The notes under the pieces were generated by a model, which saw only the letters and a program-made list of their open reading frames with translations, ran no database searches and was not told the origin of the DNA. A stretch of DNA of 64,000 bases. It comes from Dehalococcoidia bacterium (lineage in GTDB: Bacteria > Chloroflexota > Dehalococcoidia > Lucifugimonadales > CAZENU01). Position numbers and translations under genes: made by a program. This document shows positions 9,268-19,303 of the stretch, piece by piece (position 1 is the first letter of the stretch; every line of letters begins with the position of its first letter). The stretch is from contig CBDCTC010000005.1 in the NCBI GenBank assembly GCA_965222125.1, positions 403,699-467,698 of the forward strand, read 5' to 3'.

Positions 9268-10293
9268 CTACTGGAGCGGCAGCGGAGGCTGCAGCCACTT
9301 TGAGGTGTCGTTGACCTCGATCTCCTCCACCCACTTCACCCACTCGAAGCCCCGCTTGTCCGGTGCGACGAGCCTTGCCGGAAAGCCATGTCCGCGCGAC
9401 AGGGGAGCGTCCCCGACGTGGGTCGCCAGGATGTAGGACCGGGCCTCTGACATCGAGAACCTGCGGTAATAGCCGGTCGCCGAGCGAACGGTAACGCTGG
9501 AGGCGTCGGGGGTCGGCCCGGCCAGGGCGAGCAGCTCGTCGAGCCCGACGCCGCTCCATATCTGCTCCGAGTACCAGCCGCCAGTGCAATCTATGACGGC
9601 GGTCACGTCGCGCAACGCCGGGAGGTCGGAGTAACCCAGCGACAGCGGCCGCTCGACCGCTCCGGTGACCGAGAGCCGCCACGCGGCCGGATCGACGTCG
9701 GGCGCCCTGTCGGCGAGCCACGATACGACGGGAAACCACAAGCCGTAGCGGCGCGCCGTGTCGTAGGAGCCGGTGAAGCGGCGGGTCGAGCCCGCGGGCC
9801 GTACGAACGCGGACGCGGCTTCGGCCGCCTGCGTGAACGCGATGCCGGCGATTGTGATGCCGGCGAGCCTGAGGGCCCATCTGCGCTCGACCCAGAACGA
9901 CAGTGGCAGCCTCTTCGTGTAGACGACGGCGTGCCAGGCGAGCACCGGAACTATGGCCGCGCCGACATAGATGTGCCAGCTAACGCCGCTGAACCATCCC
10001 GCCGTAAACGGCCCGGCGTAGGACCAGGCGAAACCGAGCGCCAGCGTGACGACGAGCAGCGCCGACAGCACCAGGGAGGCGTACTGCCTCGGCCGGCGTC
10101 GGCGCCTGCGGACGGACGATACGACGATCGCCGTCTTCCAGACGAGCACGACCACGATGGCGAATCCGCCGATCCTGTGGACTGCTATGAACAGGGCGTC
10201 GCCGGACGATCCCGACACGAGTCCGAAGAAGCCGGTCACCAGTTCTACGGCTATGAGGGCGAGCAGGATCGTATTGGCCCAAGGCGTCTTCAC
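9268..10293 (-). CDS. Membrane-anchored molybdopterin-binding oxidoreductase (sulfite-oxidase/YedY-like domain)
   Basis: Four to five N-terminal hydrophobic helices. The C-terminus has VIDCTGGWYSEQIWSGVGLDELL...HGFPARLVAPDKRGFEWVKWVEEIEV, an Oxidored_molyb pattern. Confidence 0.75.
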   Translation of the reverse strand: MKTPWANTILLALIAVELVTGFFGLVSGSSGDALFIAVHRIGGFAIVVVLVWKTAIVVSSVRRRRRRPRQYASLVLSALLVVTLALGFAWSYAGPFTAGWFSGVSWHIYVGAAIVPVLAWHAVVYTKRLPLSFWVERRWALRLAGITIAGIAFTQAAEAASAFVRPAGSTRRFTGSYDTARRYGLWFPVVSWLADRAPDVDPAAWRLSVTGAVERPLSLGYSDLPALRDVTAVIDCTGGWYSEQIWSGVGLDELLALAGPTPDASSVTVRSATGYYRRFSMSEARSYILATHVGDAPLSRGHGFPARLVAPDKRGFEWVKWVEEIEVNDTSKWLQPPLPLQ

Positions 10294-10352
10294 ATCTATA
10301 TGATGCGCCGGGCGCCGATTCGGTCACCGTAGCCGGCTCCCGTGGGCGAATG

Positions 10353-10772
10353 TTAGCCGGGGACCTCGCTGCTAACCAGACCAACACAGTTGCCCTCGGA
10401 ATCCGAGAACGTCGCGAACGTGACCATGTCCGGAATGGCGGTTACCGGCATCACGACCTTCGCGCCGCGCTCCACTGCCTCCTTGAGCTTCGCGTCTATG
10501 TCCTCGACCTCGACGTAGAAGGTGACGAGGTTCGGCCTACCGTCCGTCCCTGAGATGCCGCCATTGATCCCCTTCTCGGTATGGGTATCGACGACGCCGT
10601 ATCCCATCGGATTCGAGGCGTCGATGTGCCACTCGAACAGGTCTGCGTAGAACTTGTGGAGTTCCTCTGCGCCGCTGGACTGGACTTCGAAATGGACCAC
10701 CGGATTGGGCAAGGCGTTCTCCTTCCTGGCTATGGGCGCGAATGTGGCGTGGAAGCCTTTCACGATCTGCAT
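10353..10772 (-). CDS. VOC/glyoxalase-family protein
   Basis: PVVHFEVQSSGAEELHKFYADLFEWHI...VTFYVEVEDIDAKLKEAVERGAKVVMPVTAIPDMVTFATFSDSEGNCVGL is a VOC pattern. The true start may be downstream of 10772. Confidence 0.7.
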   Translation of the reverse strand: MQIVKGFHATFAPIARKENALPNPVVHFEVQSSGAEELHKFYADLFEWHIDASNPMGYGVVDTHTEKGINGGISGTDGRPNLVTFYVEVEDIDAKLKEAVERGAKVVMPVTAIPDMVTFATFSDSEGNCVGLVSSEVPG

Positions 10773-10802
10773 CGTAGCCGGCCGCGCCCCGGTCGGCGGC
10801 CG

Positions 10803-11738
10803 CTAGTCGCCGGCGTTGGCCATCACCTCGACAAGCTCTTGGACCGCGTCCGCCGAATGCCTAAGGGCCGCAGCCTCCTCGTCGGTGAGGTCGAACTCGA
10901 CAACCTGCTCGACGCCGGCCGATCCCAGCTTCACGGGCACGCCGACGAACAGGCCGTCGATGCCGTACTCGCCTTCGAGATAGGCGGTGCAGGGGAGTAT
11001 CTGCTTCTTGTCGAGCAGTACCGACTCGACCATCTGGGCGATGGCTGCTGAGGGGGCGTAGTAGGCGCTGCCCGTCTTGAGCAGGCCAACGATCTCCGCG
11101 CCGCCGTCCTGGGTGCGCTTCACGATCTCGCCCAGGCGTTCCGGCGACAGCAGGTCCGCGACCGGCCGCCCCCCGACCGTCGTGCTTCCCACGATGGGGA
11201 CCATCGTGTCGCCGTGGCCGCCGAGCACGTAGGCCGTGATCGACTCGACGGACACGCCCAGCTCGAGGGCAAGGAACGTCCTGAATCGCGATGTGTCGAG
11301 TATGCCGGCCATGCCGACGACGCGGTGCTTGGGAAAGCCGCTGACCTGAAACGCGCGCTGCGCCATGGCGTCCAGCGGGTTGGTCACCGGCATGAGAATG
11401 CAGTCCGGCGAATGCTTCGCGACCTCCCGCACCACGCTCGTAACGATCTTCATGTTGGTCAGCAGCAGGTCGTCCCGCGACATTCCCGGCTTTCTCGCGA
11501 TTCCCGACGTGACGACGACGATGTCCGATCCCGCCGTCTCCTCGTAGCCGTTGGTCCCGACGACGCTCGCGTCCGATCCCAAGGGAGGCCCGGCCTGAAG
11601 CATGTCCAACGCCTTGCCCTGGGGCAGCCCCTCTACGATGTCGACCAGCACGACGTCGGCGTAGCCCTTGTCGAAGACGCGTTGCGCCGTGGTTGCTCCG
11701 ACGTTGCCCGCGCCGACTATCGTTACCTTGCTTCTCAT
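10803..11738 (-). CDS. mdh: Malate dehydrogenase (LDH-like family)
   Basis: Start at [40 protein letters not shown] and GGHGDTMVP motifs. Confidence 0.9.
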   Translation of the reverse strand: MRSKVTIVGAGNVGATTAQRVFDKGYADVVLVDIVEGLPQGKALDMLQAGPPLGSDASVVGTNGYEETAGSDIVVVTSGIARKPGMSRDDLLLTNMKIVTSVVREVAKHSPDCILMPVTNPLDAMAQRAFQVSGFPKHRVVGMAGILDTSRFRTFLALELGVSVESITAYVLGGHGDTMVPIVGSTTVGGRPVADLLSPERLGEIVKRTQDGGAEIVGLLKTGSAYYAPSAAIAQMVESVLLDKKQILPCTAYLEGEYGIDGLFVGVPVKLGSAGVEQVVEFDLTDEEAAALRHSADAVQELVEVMANAGD

Positions 11739-12049
11739 GCGTTGTCCTCTCCTGATCTCATTCTCGGCCAGTTTTCGTCGAACCACCGGTCCAGTCGCTT
11801 CCGTACGGTCCCCCCGGCGAAGAACGGGATGCCGTCCAGCCTGAGGAGCAGGTCTTCATCGGTGATGCGGACGGCGCCCCGTATGTCGAACCCCATCACC
11901 CTACCGGAGAAGAGCAGCGCGTCGCCGCGCCACTCGGCCGCGGGATCGGCTACGCTGCCCCCGTACATCCGCATCATCTTCGGGAGGAGCCCGTCGATGG
12001 TTTCCCGCGCCTGCTGCGGGGTCATTCCGTGGCTCTTTACGATTTCCAT
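11735..12049 (-). CDS. Polyhydroxyalkanoic-acid-system (PHA_gran_rgn-like) small protein
   Basis: 104 aa. ...[53 protein letters not shown] resembles PF09650-type proteins. Its stop overlaps the mdh start. Confidence 0.5.
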   Translation of the reverse strand: MEIVKSHGMTPQQARETIDGLLPKMMRMYGGSVADPAAEWRGDALLFSGRVMGFDIRGAVRITDEDLLLRLDGIPFFAGGTVRKRLDRWFDENWPRMRSGEDNA

Positions 12050-12076
12050 GACTCGCTTACAGGCCGGACATCCGCG

Positions 12077-13303
12077 CTACGGCCCGGCGTACTCCTCCCA
12101 GCGGGAGTCCAGCGTGGAGTCCTCGACCGTTGCCATGACGTAGTCTCCGAACTCCACGTTGGTCGCGCCGGTATTGCGGCCCGTCATCTTCACCTTGCGT
12201 TCGTACATGCCGCAGACGTCGATTGCCTTGTGCAGCTTGGCCGCCTTGTCGGCAAAGCCGACGTGCTCCAGGAGCATGGCGCCGGCCCGGAGGAGGGAGC
12301 TCGGGTCTGCGTACATCGTGCGGCCCTCATCCACCATGCGGGGGGCGCTGCCGTGGATGGCCTCGAACATGGAGGCGGACTTGCCTATGTTGGCGCTGCC
12401 CGCGGTGCCGACGCCGCCCTGTATCTCCGCGGCCTCGTCCGTCAGGATATCGCCGTAGAGGTTCGGGAGCACCATCACCTGGAAGTCCGACCGTCTCTGG
12501 ACGTCGAGCAGCTTGGCCGTCATGATGTCTATGTACCAGCCGTCCCACTCGATCTCCGGGTACCGCTCGCCGACGCGGCGCGCCACGTCCAGGAACTTGC
12601 CGTCCGTCGTCTTGACCACGTTGGCCTTGGTGATGACCGTCACGCGTGATTTGCCGGTGCGGCGGGCGTGGGCGAACGCGGCGTCGATGACGCGCTCGGA
12701 GCCTGGGGTCGTGGTCACCCGGAAGTCGATGGCTAGGTCGTCGGTGACGTTGATGCCCTGGCTGCCGACGGCGTACAGGTCCTCGGTGTTCTCGCGAAAG
12801 AAGGTCCAGTCGATGCCCTCCGCCGGGAGACGCACAGGCCTGACGTTGGCGAACAGGTCTAGCGCTTTGCGCATGCTGACGTTCGCGGACTCGATGTTGG
12901 GCCAGCCGTCGCCCTTCTCGGGGGTATGCGTCGGGCCCTTGAGGGTCACGTGGCAATCCCTGATCTCCGCCAGAACGTCGTCGGGAATAGACTTCATCCT
13001 GGCGGCGCGGTTCTCGATGGTCAGCCCTTCAATCGTCCTGAACCGGACCTTGCCGCCGTCCACCGCGTCCTGCAGCAGATACTCGAGAACGCGCTGCGTG
13101 GCTTCGCTGATCGACGGGCCTATCCCATCTCCGCCGATCATCCCGATCACGATGGGTTCGACCTTCGAGTAGTCGATCCAGTCCCCTTCCTGCAGTAGTC
13201 GCTCGACGCGGTCGAGCTGCTCCGCAAGCAGGGTGCCGAAGTGGTCTTTCGCGTTCTCTATCGCCTGTGTGTACACCAAATGGCTGTCCTTTCCAGATTT
13301 CAT
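12077..13303 (-). CDS. Isocitrate/isopropylmalate dehydrogenase-family enzyme (probable isocitrate dehydrogenase)
   Basis: Start at MKSGKD. IGGDGIGPSI, NLYGDILTDEAAEIQGGVGTAGSANIG and AIHGSAP are family motifs. Lies in a TCA-gene context. Confidence 0.8.
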   Translation of the reverse strand: MKSGKDSHLVYTQAIENAKDHFGTLLAEQLDRVERLLQEGDWIDYSKVEPIVIGMIGGDGIGPSISEATQRVLEYLLQDAVDGGKVRFRTIEGLTIENRAARMKSIPDDVLAEIRDCHVTLKGPTHTPEKGDGWPNIESANVSMRKALDLFANVRPVRLPAEGIDWTFFRENTEDLYAVGSQGINVTDDLAIDFRVTTTPGSERVIDAAFAHARRTGKSRVTVITKANVVKTTDGKFLDVARRVGERYPEIEWDGWYIDIMTAKLLDVQRRSDFQVMVLPNLYGDILTDEAAEIQGGVGTAGSANIGKSASMFEAIHGSAPRMVDEGRTMYADPSSLLRAGAMLLEHVGFADKAAKLHKAIDVCGMYERKVKMTGRNTGATNVEFGDYVMATVEDSTLDSRWEEYAGP

Positions 13304-13373
13304 GTCGCTTACGCAGCGCGCGGGCCAGGGTCTTTGCAGGCGGCCTATCGTCAAGGTCGAATGCGGCCGTGCA

Positions 13374-15221
13374 CTACGGGGCTACGACCGCCAATACATC
13401 GCCCTTGGCCACGCTCGCGCCCGGCGAGACCGGGAGCGACTTCACGCTGCCCGCCGCCGGGGATGTTAGCGAGTTCTCCATCTTCATCGCCTCGAGCACG
13501 ACGATCGTGTCGCCGGCCTCTACGCGCTGTCCCTCTTCGACTTCGTATCGGGCGACGATACCCGGCATAGGGGCCTCGATGGCGGTGAGGCCAGAAGCGC
13601 GACCGTCGACGGCGCTGCGCCCGGCGGCGGTCCGGGCCCGATCCGCAGGTGGAGCCGCCGCGCGAGCCGGGCGTACCGGGTCGACCTCTACCTGGTACAC
13701 CTCGCCGTTGAGACGGATGTTGAACGCCCGGGCCTTGCTGCTCTTCGGAGGAGGAGGCCAGTCGAGTCGCCGCGGCGTCCCGATCGCCCATTCGCCCTTT
13801 TGCGCCGCAGGTTGCGGCCGCATCTCGTCCGGGACTGGGTCCAGTCCATGTTTGATCCGGAGGAACCGCATCCCGGTGGTCGGGTACAGGGCGTATGTCA
13901 GCACGTCGTCCGGATCGTCGGATATCTCCTTCACCGATCTGGCCGCGGCTTCCAGCTCCGGCTCGAGCAGGTCGCCGGGACGGACGGTAGTGGGAGTCTG
14001 GCCGTTCTTGTATCCCGCCAGCGCCTTCGATACGACTTCTTCGTCCATCGGCGCCGGGGGTCTGCCGTAGAGTCCGTAGACGTAGTCCCTTATCTCGTCG
14101 CTGACCATCTTGTACCGGCCGAAGAGCACGTTCATCACGGCCTGCGTGCCGACCATCTGGCTCAAGGGGGTGACCAGCGGCGGGTACCCGAGCTCCCTTC
14201 TTGTGCGTGGGATCTCCTCCAGCACCTCGTCGAGCCTGTCGATGGCCCCGGCCTGGCGGAGCTGCGAGGTCAGGTTGCTCGCCATGCCGCCCGGTATCTG
14301 GTGGCTCAGCACCCTAGCGTCGATGACGGCCGTCTTGGGGCTCTCCAAGTGCTCCCGGTACTTGGGCAATACGGATTCGAGGTGGTCGCCCATCTCCAAC
14401 AGCTTGTTCAGGTCGAGGCCCGGGTCCCTGTCGGTGCCGCGGAACGTGGTGACCAGGGGCTCGACGGCCGGTTGGGAGGTGCGGAGGGCCAGCGGGGCCA
14501 GAGCGGCGTCTAGCACGTCCACTCCCGCCTCGACGGCCTTGATGCACGTCATCGAAGCCATTCCGCTGGTGTAGTGAGTGTGTAGCTGCAGTGGGACGTC
14601 GACCGCCTTCTTCAGCGCGCCGAACAGCTCGTAGGCGTCGTAGGGCGCGAGCAGACCGGCCATGTCCTTTACGCACAGGCTGTCGGCGCCGAGGCCGACG
14701 AAGGTCCGTGCCCGCTCGACGTAGTAGTCGAGATTGTAGATCGGCCCGCCGAGCTTGCCCTCCTCGGTGACCGAGTAGCATATGGTCGCCTGGAGGTGCT
14801 TGCCTGCCTTCCTGACCGCACGCGCGGACGTCGCCACGTTGCGCTCGTCGTTCAGGGCGTCGAAGACTCTGAACACGTCGATGCCGGTGTCGGCGGCCCG
14901 CCGCACGAACGCCTCGACCACGTCGTCGGCGTAGTTGCGGTAGCCGACGAGCGACTGGCCGCGAAGGAGCATCGTCAGGGGCGTGTCGGGGATCAGCCGT
15001 TTGAACGTTCGGAGCCGCTCCCAGGGGTCCTCGGCCAGGAAGCGCGTGGTCGTGTCGAAAGTGGCGCCGCCCCATACCTCCATGGAGTGAAAACCGATGG
15101 TGCCCATGTCGGCCGCGATCGGCTCCATGTCCTCGATGCGGAGACGGGTAGCGATCAGGCTCTGGTGGCCGTCGCGAAAGGTCGTATCGGTAATCTTGAT
15201 CGGGTTCATCGACACCGGCAT
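13374..15221 (-). CDS. Biotin-dependent carboxyltransferase 5S subunit fused to a C-terminal biotinyl domain (oxaloacetate decarboxylase alpha / transcarboxylase 5S-1.3S type)
   Basis: ITDTTFRDGHQSLIATRLR and EVWGGATFD (HMGL-like TIM barrel). The C-terminus has EAMKMEN, the biotinyl-lysine motif. Confidence 0.88.
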   Translation of the reverse strand: MPVSMNPIKITDTTFRDGHQSLIATRLRIEDMEPIAADMGTIGFHSMEVWGGATFDTTTRFLAEDPWERLRTFKRLIPDTPLTMLLRGQSLVGYRNYADDVVEAFVRRAADTGIDVFRVFDALNDERNVATSARAVRKAGKHLQATICYSVTEEGKLGGPIYNLDYYVERARTFVGLGADSLCVKDMAGLLAPYDAYELFGALKKAVDVPLQLHTHYTSGMASMTCIKAVEAGVDVLDAALAPLALRTSQPAVEPLVTTFRGTDRDPGLDLNKLLEMGDHLESVLPKYREHLESPKTAVIDARVLSHQIPGGMASNLTSQLRQAGAIDRLDEVLEEIPRTRRELGYPPLVTPLSQMVGTQAVMNVLFGRYKMVSDEIRDYVYGLYGRPPAPMDEEVVSKALAGYKNGQTPTTVRPGDLLEPELEAAARSVKEISDDPDDVLTYALYPTTGMRFLRIKHGLDPVPDEMRPQPAAQKGEWAIGTPRRLDWPPPPKSSKARAFNIRLNGEVYQVEVDPVRPARAAAPPADRARTAAGRSAVDGRASGLTAIEAPMPGIVARYEVEEGQRVEAGDTIVVLEAMKMENSLTSPAAGSVKSLPVSPGASVAKGDVLAVVAP

Positions 15222-15249
15222 GTGGGCGCGCGGGCTTGAAGTCGGACCA

Positions 15250-15453
15250 TCAAAGCCGGCGCCATGGCGATAGGGCGCGAACCGCGGAGCCCCTCATGAC
15301 CTCCCACGGCGCGGTCTTCCACCGACTCCGTCCCGACGGCTCCGGCGCCGCGCGCTCGCGGGTCTCGGCCTCGAGATAGGCTTCCACGGCCGCGATCACG
15401 GCCGCCAGGGTCTTGGCGTCGCCCGGCTTCGCGGTCGGCCTGTGGTCGTTCAC
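15250..15453 (-). CDS. Small acyl-CoA carboxylase epsilon / OadG-like subunit (tentative)
   Basis: The GTG overlaps the stop of the 12S gene (GTGA). 67 aa: ...DAKTLAAVIAAVEAYLEAE...SRWKTAPW...SPWRRL, an ACC-epsilon-like pattern. Only the 3' end of ORF 15250..15732 is considered coding. Confidence 0.45.
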   Translation of the reverse strand: MNDHRPTAKPGDAKTLAAVIAAVEAYLEAETRERAAPEPSGRSRWKTAPWEVMRGSAVRALSPWRRL

Positions 15454-17012
15454 AGCGGGATGCTTCCGTGCTTCTTCGGCGGCAGCACCTCGCGCTTGTT
15501 CCGAAGCATCTCGAGGGCTCGGATGATCTTGGGCCTCGTCTCGGCGGGATTGATCACGTCGTCGATCATGCCCGCCGAGGCGGCGACGTACGGGTTCATG
15601 AGGCGGTCGCGGTACTCCTCGATCAGCTCGGCGCGAAGGGCATCCCTGTCCGCCGACTCCTGCAACGCCTTGCGATGCACGATGTTGACCGCGCCGGCCG
15701 CTCCCATGACGGCCACCTCGCCCGTGGGCCAAGCGTAGTTGACGTCGCCCTTGAGGTTCTTGCTGCTCATCACGATATACGCGCCGCCGTAGGCCTTGCG
15801 GGTCAACACGCTCACCTTCGGCACCGTCGCCTCCGCGTAGGCGTAGATAAGCTTGGCGCCGTGTCTGATTATCCCGCCGTGCTCCTGCGACGTGCCGGGC
15901 AGGAAGCCGGGAACGTCGATGAAGGTGACGAGCGGTATGTTGAAGGCGTCGCAGAACCGCACGAATCGGGCCGCCTTCGTCGAGGCCTGAATGTCGAGAA
16001 CGCCGGCCAGCGCGTTGGGCTGCTGGGCCACGATGCCGACCGGCCGGCCGGCCATCCTGGCGAAGCCGACTATGATGTTGGGCGCGAACCGCTCGTGCAC
16101 CTGCATCAGCTCGCCGTCGTCCACGACGCGCGCCAGTACCTCCGTCATGTCGTAGGGCTGGTCGGCGAGGTCCGGGATCAGGTCGATCAGCCCGTCGTCC
16201 CGCCGCTCAGGGTCGTCCGCGCTCTCTTGGGCGGGCGGGTCTTCCGAGTTGTTTCCGGGCAGGAATCCGAGCAGGCGGCGTATCTCCTCGATGCAGTGCT
16301 GCTCCGACTCGGCGGCGAAGTGGACAACGCCGCTCTTCGACGAGTGGCTGTCCGCCCCACCGAGCTCCTCGTGCGTGACCTCCTCGCCGGTCACCGCCTT
16401 TATCACGTCCGGGCCGGTGATGTAGAGCTGCCCTGTGCCCTTCACCATGAATATGAAGTCGGTCAGGGCGGGGGAGTAGGTGGCGCCGCCGGCGGCCGGC
16501 CCGAAGACGGCCGAGATCTGTGGAATCACGCCGGAGCTGCGCACGTTCCGCAGGAAGATGGAACTGTAGCCGGCGAGGCTGCTGATGCCCTCTTGGATCC
16601 GGGCGCCGCCCGAGTCGATAAGGCCGACCATCGGCGCTCCACTGTTCGTCGCCAGGTCCATCGCCTTGCAGATCTTGTTGGCCGCCGCCTCAGAGAGGGA
16701 GCCGCCGATCACGGTGAAGTCCTGCGCGTACAGGAACACGAGGCGGCCGTCGATCCGGCCGTAGCCGGTTACGACCGAGTCCCCAAGGTACCGCTGGCTG
16801 TCCAGCCCGAACTCGGTGGACTGGTGCAGCACGAACGGGTCCAGCTCCTCGAAGCTGCCCTCGTCCAGCAGCAGGACGATGCGCTCCCGGGCGGTCAGCT
16901 TGCCTTTCGCGTGCTGCTGCTCGATCCGGGGAGCGCCTCCGCCCAGCCGGGAACGCTCGCGCAGCGAGTTTAGCTCGTCCTGTTTTTCGGAGACCTTGCG
17001 GCGCACGACCAT
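15450..17012 (-). CDS. Methylmalonyl-CoA carboxyltransferase 12S / propionyl-CoA carboxylase beta subunit
   Basis: 520 aa. GKLTARERIVLLLDEGSFEELD, GRLVFLYAQDFTVIGGSL, GGAYIVMSS are carboxyl_trans family patterns. Confidence 0.9.
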   Translation of the reverse strand: MVVRRKVSEKQDELNSLRERSRLGGGAPRIEQQHAKGKLTARERIVLLLDEGSFEELDPFVLHQSTEFGLDSQRYLGDSVVTGYGRIDGRLVFLYAQDFTVIGGSLSEAAANKICKAMDLATNSGAPMVGLIDSGGARIQEGISSLAGYSSIFLRNVRSSGVIPQISAVFGPAAGGATYSPALTDFIFMVKGTGQLYITGPDVIKAVTGEEVTHEELGGADSHSSKSGVVHFAAESEQHCIEEIRRLLGFLPGNNSEDPPAQESADDPERRDDGLIDLIPDLADQPYDMTEVLARVVDDGELMQVHERFAPNIIVGFARMAGRPVGIVAQQPNALAGVLDIQASTKAARFVRFCDAFNIPLVTFIDVPGFLPGTSQEHGGIIRHGAKLIYAYAEATVPKVSVLTRKAYGGAYIVMSSKNLKGDVNYAWPTGEVAVMGAAGAVNIVHRKALQESADRDALRAELIEEYRDRLMNPYVAASAGMIDDVINPAETRPKIIRALEMLRNKREVLPPKKHGSIPL

Positions 17013-17134
17013 GTTTGAATTCGTTCCCGAAACCGTGAAATAATCGCAGAGAAGTTAACAGATATTCAGATAGGCAGCAAGGAACGCGGGCGTGCGCAAC
17101 CCGCCCGTCGCCTCTGCCGAGGACTCCCCATGCT

Positions 17135-17998
17135 ATGAGATACAACACACCCAGACGCGGCGCGACGGTCGTGGGGAACAGGACGTTCGAGTGGGGCGCC
17201 CGCACGTACGTGATGGGCGTGCTGAACGTCACGCCCGACTCCTTCTCCGGGGACGGCGTCGGAAACGACGTCGACGTGGCGATGCGCAGGGCGCTTGGCT
17301 TCCAGGAGGCCGGGGCCGACGTGATTGACGTGGGCGGCGAGTCGACGCGGCCGCCGTCGATCTATCCCGGTGCGGCGCCGATCACCGCGTCCGAGGAGCT
17401 CGCCCGCGTGCTGCCGGTGATCGAGGCGCTCGCCGCCGCGCTTGACATACCGGTCAGCGTGGACACTCACAAGGCCGAGGTCGCCCGGCGCGCCATCGAC
17501 GCCGGCGCCGCGATGGTAAACGACCAGTGGGCGCTCGCCCGCGACCCTGAGATAGGGCACGTCGCCGCCGAGGCCGGGGTGCCCGTCGTGCTGATGCACA
17601 ACCGGGAGGGGACCGCTTACCGCGATCTCGTGCCCGACGTCATCGGCGCTCTGCAACGGGCCATCGACCGCGCGCAGGCGGCCGGTATCGCCTTCGAGGA
17701 CATCATCGTCGACCCCGGCATGGGCTTCGGCAAGACGGCCGAGGACAACCTGGAGCTGCTGCGGCGGTTGGACGAGCTCGACGTTCTGGGCAGGCCGGTG
17801 CTGGTCGGAATGTCCCGCAAGTCGACTATCGGCTACGTGCTCGACCTGCCCGTGGAGGAACGTGTCGAGGGGACGGCGGCCACGGTGGCGTTCTCGGTGG
17901 CGGCCGGCGCCGACGTCGTCAGGGTTCACGACGTCAAGGAGATGGCCAGGGTGGCCCGGATGAGCGACGCGATCGTTCGCGGCTGGAGCCGCGGCTGA
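17135..17998 (+). CDS. folP: Dihydropteroate synthase
   Basis: VMGVLNVTPDSFSGDG, DVIDVGGESTRP and DPGMGFGKT motifs. Confidence 0.92.
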   Translation: MRYNTPRRGATVVGNRTFEWGARTYVMGVLNVTPDSFSGDGVGNDVDVAMRRALGFQEAGADVIDVGGESTRPPSIYPGAAPITASEELARVLPVIEALAAALDIPVSVDTHKAEVARRAIDAGAAMVNDQWALARDPEIGHVAAEAGVPVVLMHNREGTAYRDLVPDVIGALQRAIDRAQAAGIAFEDIIVDPGMGFGKTAEDNLELLRRLDELDVLGRPVLVGMSRKSTIGYVLDLPVEERVEGTAATVAFSVAAGADVVRVHDVKEMARVARMSDAIVRGWSRG

Positions 17999-18477
17999 TG
18001 GCGACGGAGGTATTTCTCGGCCTCGGGTCCAATGTCGGCGACAGGTACGGGAACATCGAGAGGGCGGTGGCGTCGATGACCGAGCTCGTATCCGACGGCT
18101 CCGGCGTAACCGTTTCGAGCCTGTTCGAGACCGCGCCGGCAGGCTTCGCGGCGCAGCCGGCGTTCGTGAACGCGGCGTGTCGGCTGTGGACTGCCTTGGA
18201 CGTGTTCGAGCTGATGGCGGCAGTGACCGCGGTGCAGGCCCGGTTCGGCCCGAGGCCGGCTATCCCCAACGGCCCGCGCGCAATCGACGTCGACGTGTTG
18301 CTGTTCGGCCGGCTGGTCGTCGACACGCCCAGCATCCAGGTCCCGCATCCGAGGATGGCGCTGCGCGACTTCGTGCTGGCGCCGCTGGCGGAGATAGCGC
18401 CCGGGGCGGTCCACCCCGTGCTCGGCGCCACCGTCGCCGAGCTGCTCGCCGCGCTGCGGACGCGTCAGGGCGCCTAG
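17998..18477 (+). CDS. folK: 2-amino-4-hydroxy-6-hydroxymethyldihydropteridine diphosphokinase
   Basis: VFLGLGSNVGDR, GPRAIDVDVLLFG, VPHPRMALRDFVLAPL. The start overlaps the folP stop. Confidence 0.9.
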   Translation: MATEVFLGLGSNVGDRYGNIERAVASMTELVSDGSGVTVSSLFETAPAGFAAQPAFVNAACRLWTALDVFELMAAVTAVQARFGPRPAIPNGPRAIDVDVLLFGRLVVDTPSIQVPHPRMALRDFVLAPLAEIAPGAVHPVLGATVAELLAALRTRQGA

Positions 18478-18683
18478 GCGTCCTGGCTGTCGGCGGCCAC
18501 GGCGTCGCGCAGGTCGGGCGGCAGCAGGTTGGGGATGCCGTCGGCGACAGGGTAGGTCTCGTCGCAGGACGCGCAGCGCAGGCTACCCGCCACGATCTCG
18601 CCGGCTTCCTCTGTATCGACGCGCAGTTCCAGGGCGCCCTTGCACACCGGGCAGGCGAGAATGTCCGTCAGATCGCGCTTCAT
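18474..18683 (-). CDS. Trm112/UPF0434-family small zinc-ribbon protein
   Basis: 69 aa. ILACPVCKGALE...LRCASCDETYPVADGIPNLL is a Trm112p-like pattern. Confidence 0.8.
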   Translation of the reverse strand: MKRDLTDILACPVCKGALELRVDTEEAGEIVAGSLRCASCDETYPVADGIPNLLPPDLRDAVAADSQDA

Positions 18684-18709
18684 GGCGTTAACTCCCGCAC
18701 CACGATATC

Positions 18710-19213
18710 TCAGTTGCCTGCGAGCGCGATCTCGTAGAGGACCTTGAGCAGGTCCGACAGCAGGAAGACCGCGATCCCAAGGGCGACCAGCGCGTTGAAG
18801 CCGGACGCCGCCCGCACGATACGCCGCGGCATGGAGACGGGCTCCTGCCGCTCGGCGGCTCCGACCACCGCCCGCGCTCGTCGCCGTCGCCGCTCAGCGT
18901 GCACCAGCACGATCATCCACACCGACAGGCCCGCCTTGAGGGCCAGCACCGCGACGTACGGTGCGCCGACGACGCTGTCGGTCAGCCGGTTGAAGGACAT
19001 GATGATCCCGGTCGTCACGAGTATGGCGATGCAGGTGTTGACGAGGACGCGAAACTCGTCCGCGGCGCCCTTCAGCAGGCCGGAGGACTCCCCGCCGCGG
19101 CGGGCCGCTGGACGGAGCACCAGCAGGTAGAACAGGCTGCCGCCGACCCACGCGGCGCCCGACACCAGGTGCAGCCATCTGACGACGAGAAGAAAGACGT
19201 CGCCGGCATTCAT
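18710..19213 (-). CDS. Integral membrane protein (CopD-like four-helix, function uncertain)
   Basis: 167 aa with four hydrophobic segments. The N-terminal VRWLHLVSGAAWVGGSLFYLLVLRP resembles CopD/DUF-type membrane proteins. Confidence 0.5.
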   Translation of the reverse strand: MNAGDVFLLVVRWLHLVSGAAWVGGSLFYLLVLRPAARRGGESSGLLKGAADEFRVLVNTCIAILVTTGIIMSFNRLTDSVVGAPYVAVLALKAGLSVWMIVLVHAERRRRRARAVVGAAERQEPVSMPRRIVRAASGFNALVALGIAVFLLSDLLKVLYEIALAGN

Positions 19214-19303
19214 TGGAGCTGGCGCCGTCCTGGCCGCGGCCGGCCGACGTTACGATCTGCCCTCGCCGGTTTGCCGGAGCCGCTCACGGGACTGCCGCGG
19301 GCC

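Noticed and set aside
15250-15732. Full 160-aa ORF overlapping the 3' end of the 12S carboxyltransferase gene
   Set aside because: The first roughly 93 codons overlap the 12S gene in another frame and are Arg/Gly-rich. Only the last 67 codons, from GTG 15453, resemble a small epsilon/OadG-like subunit.
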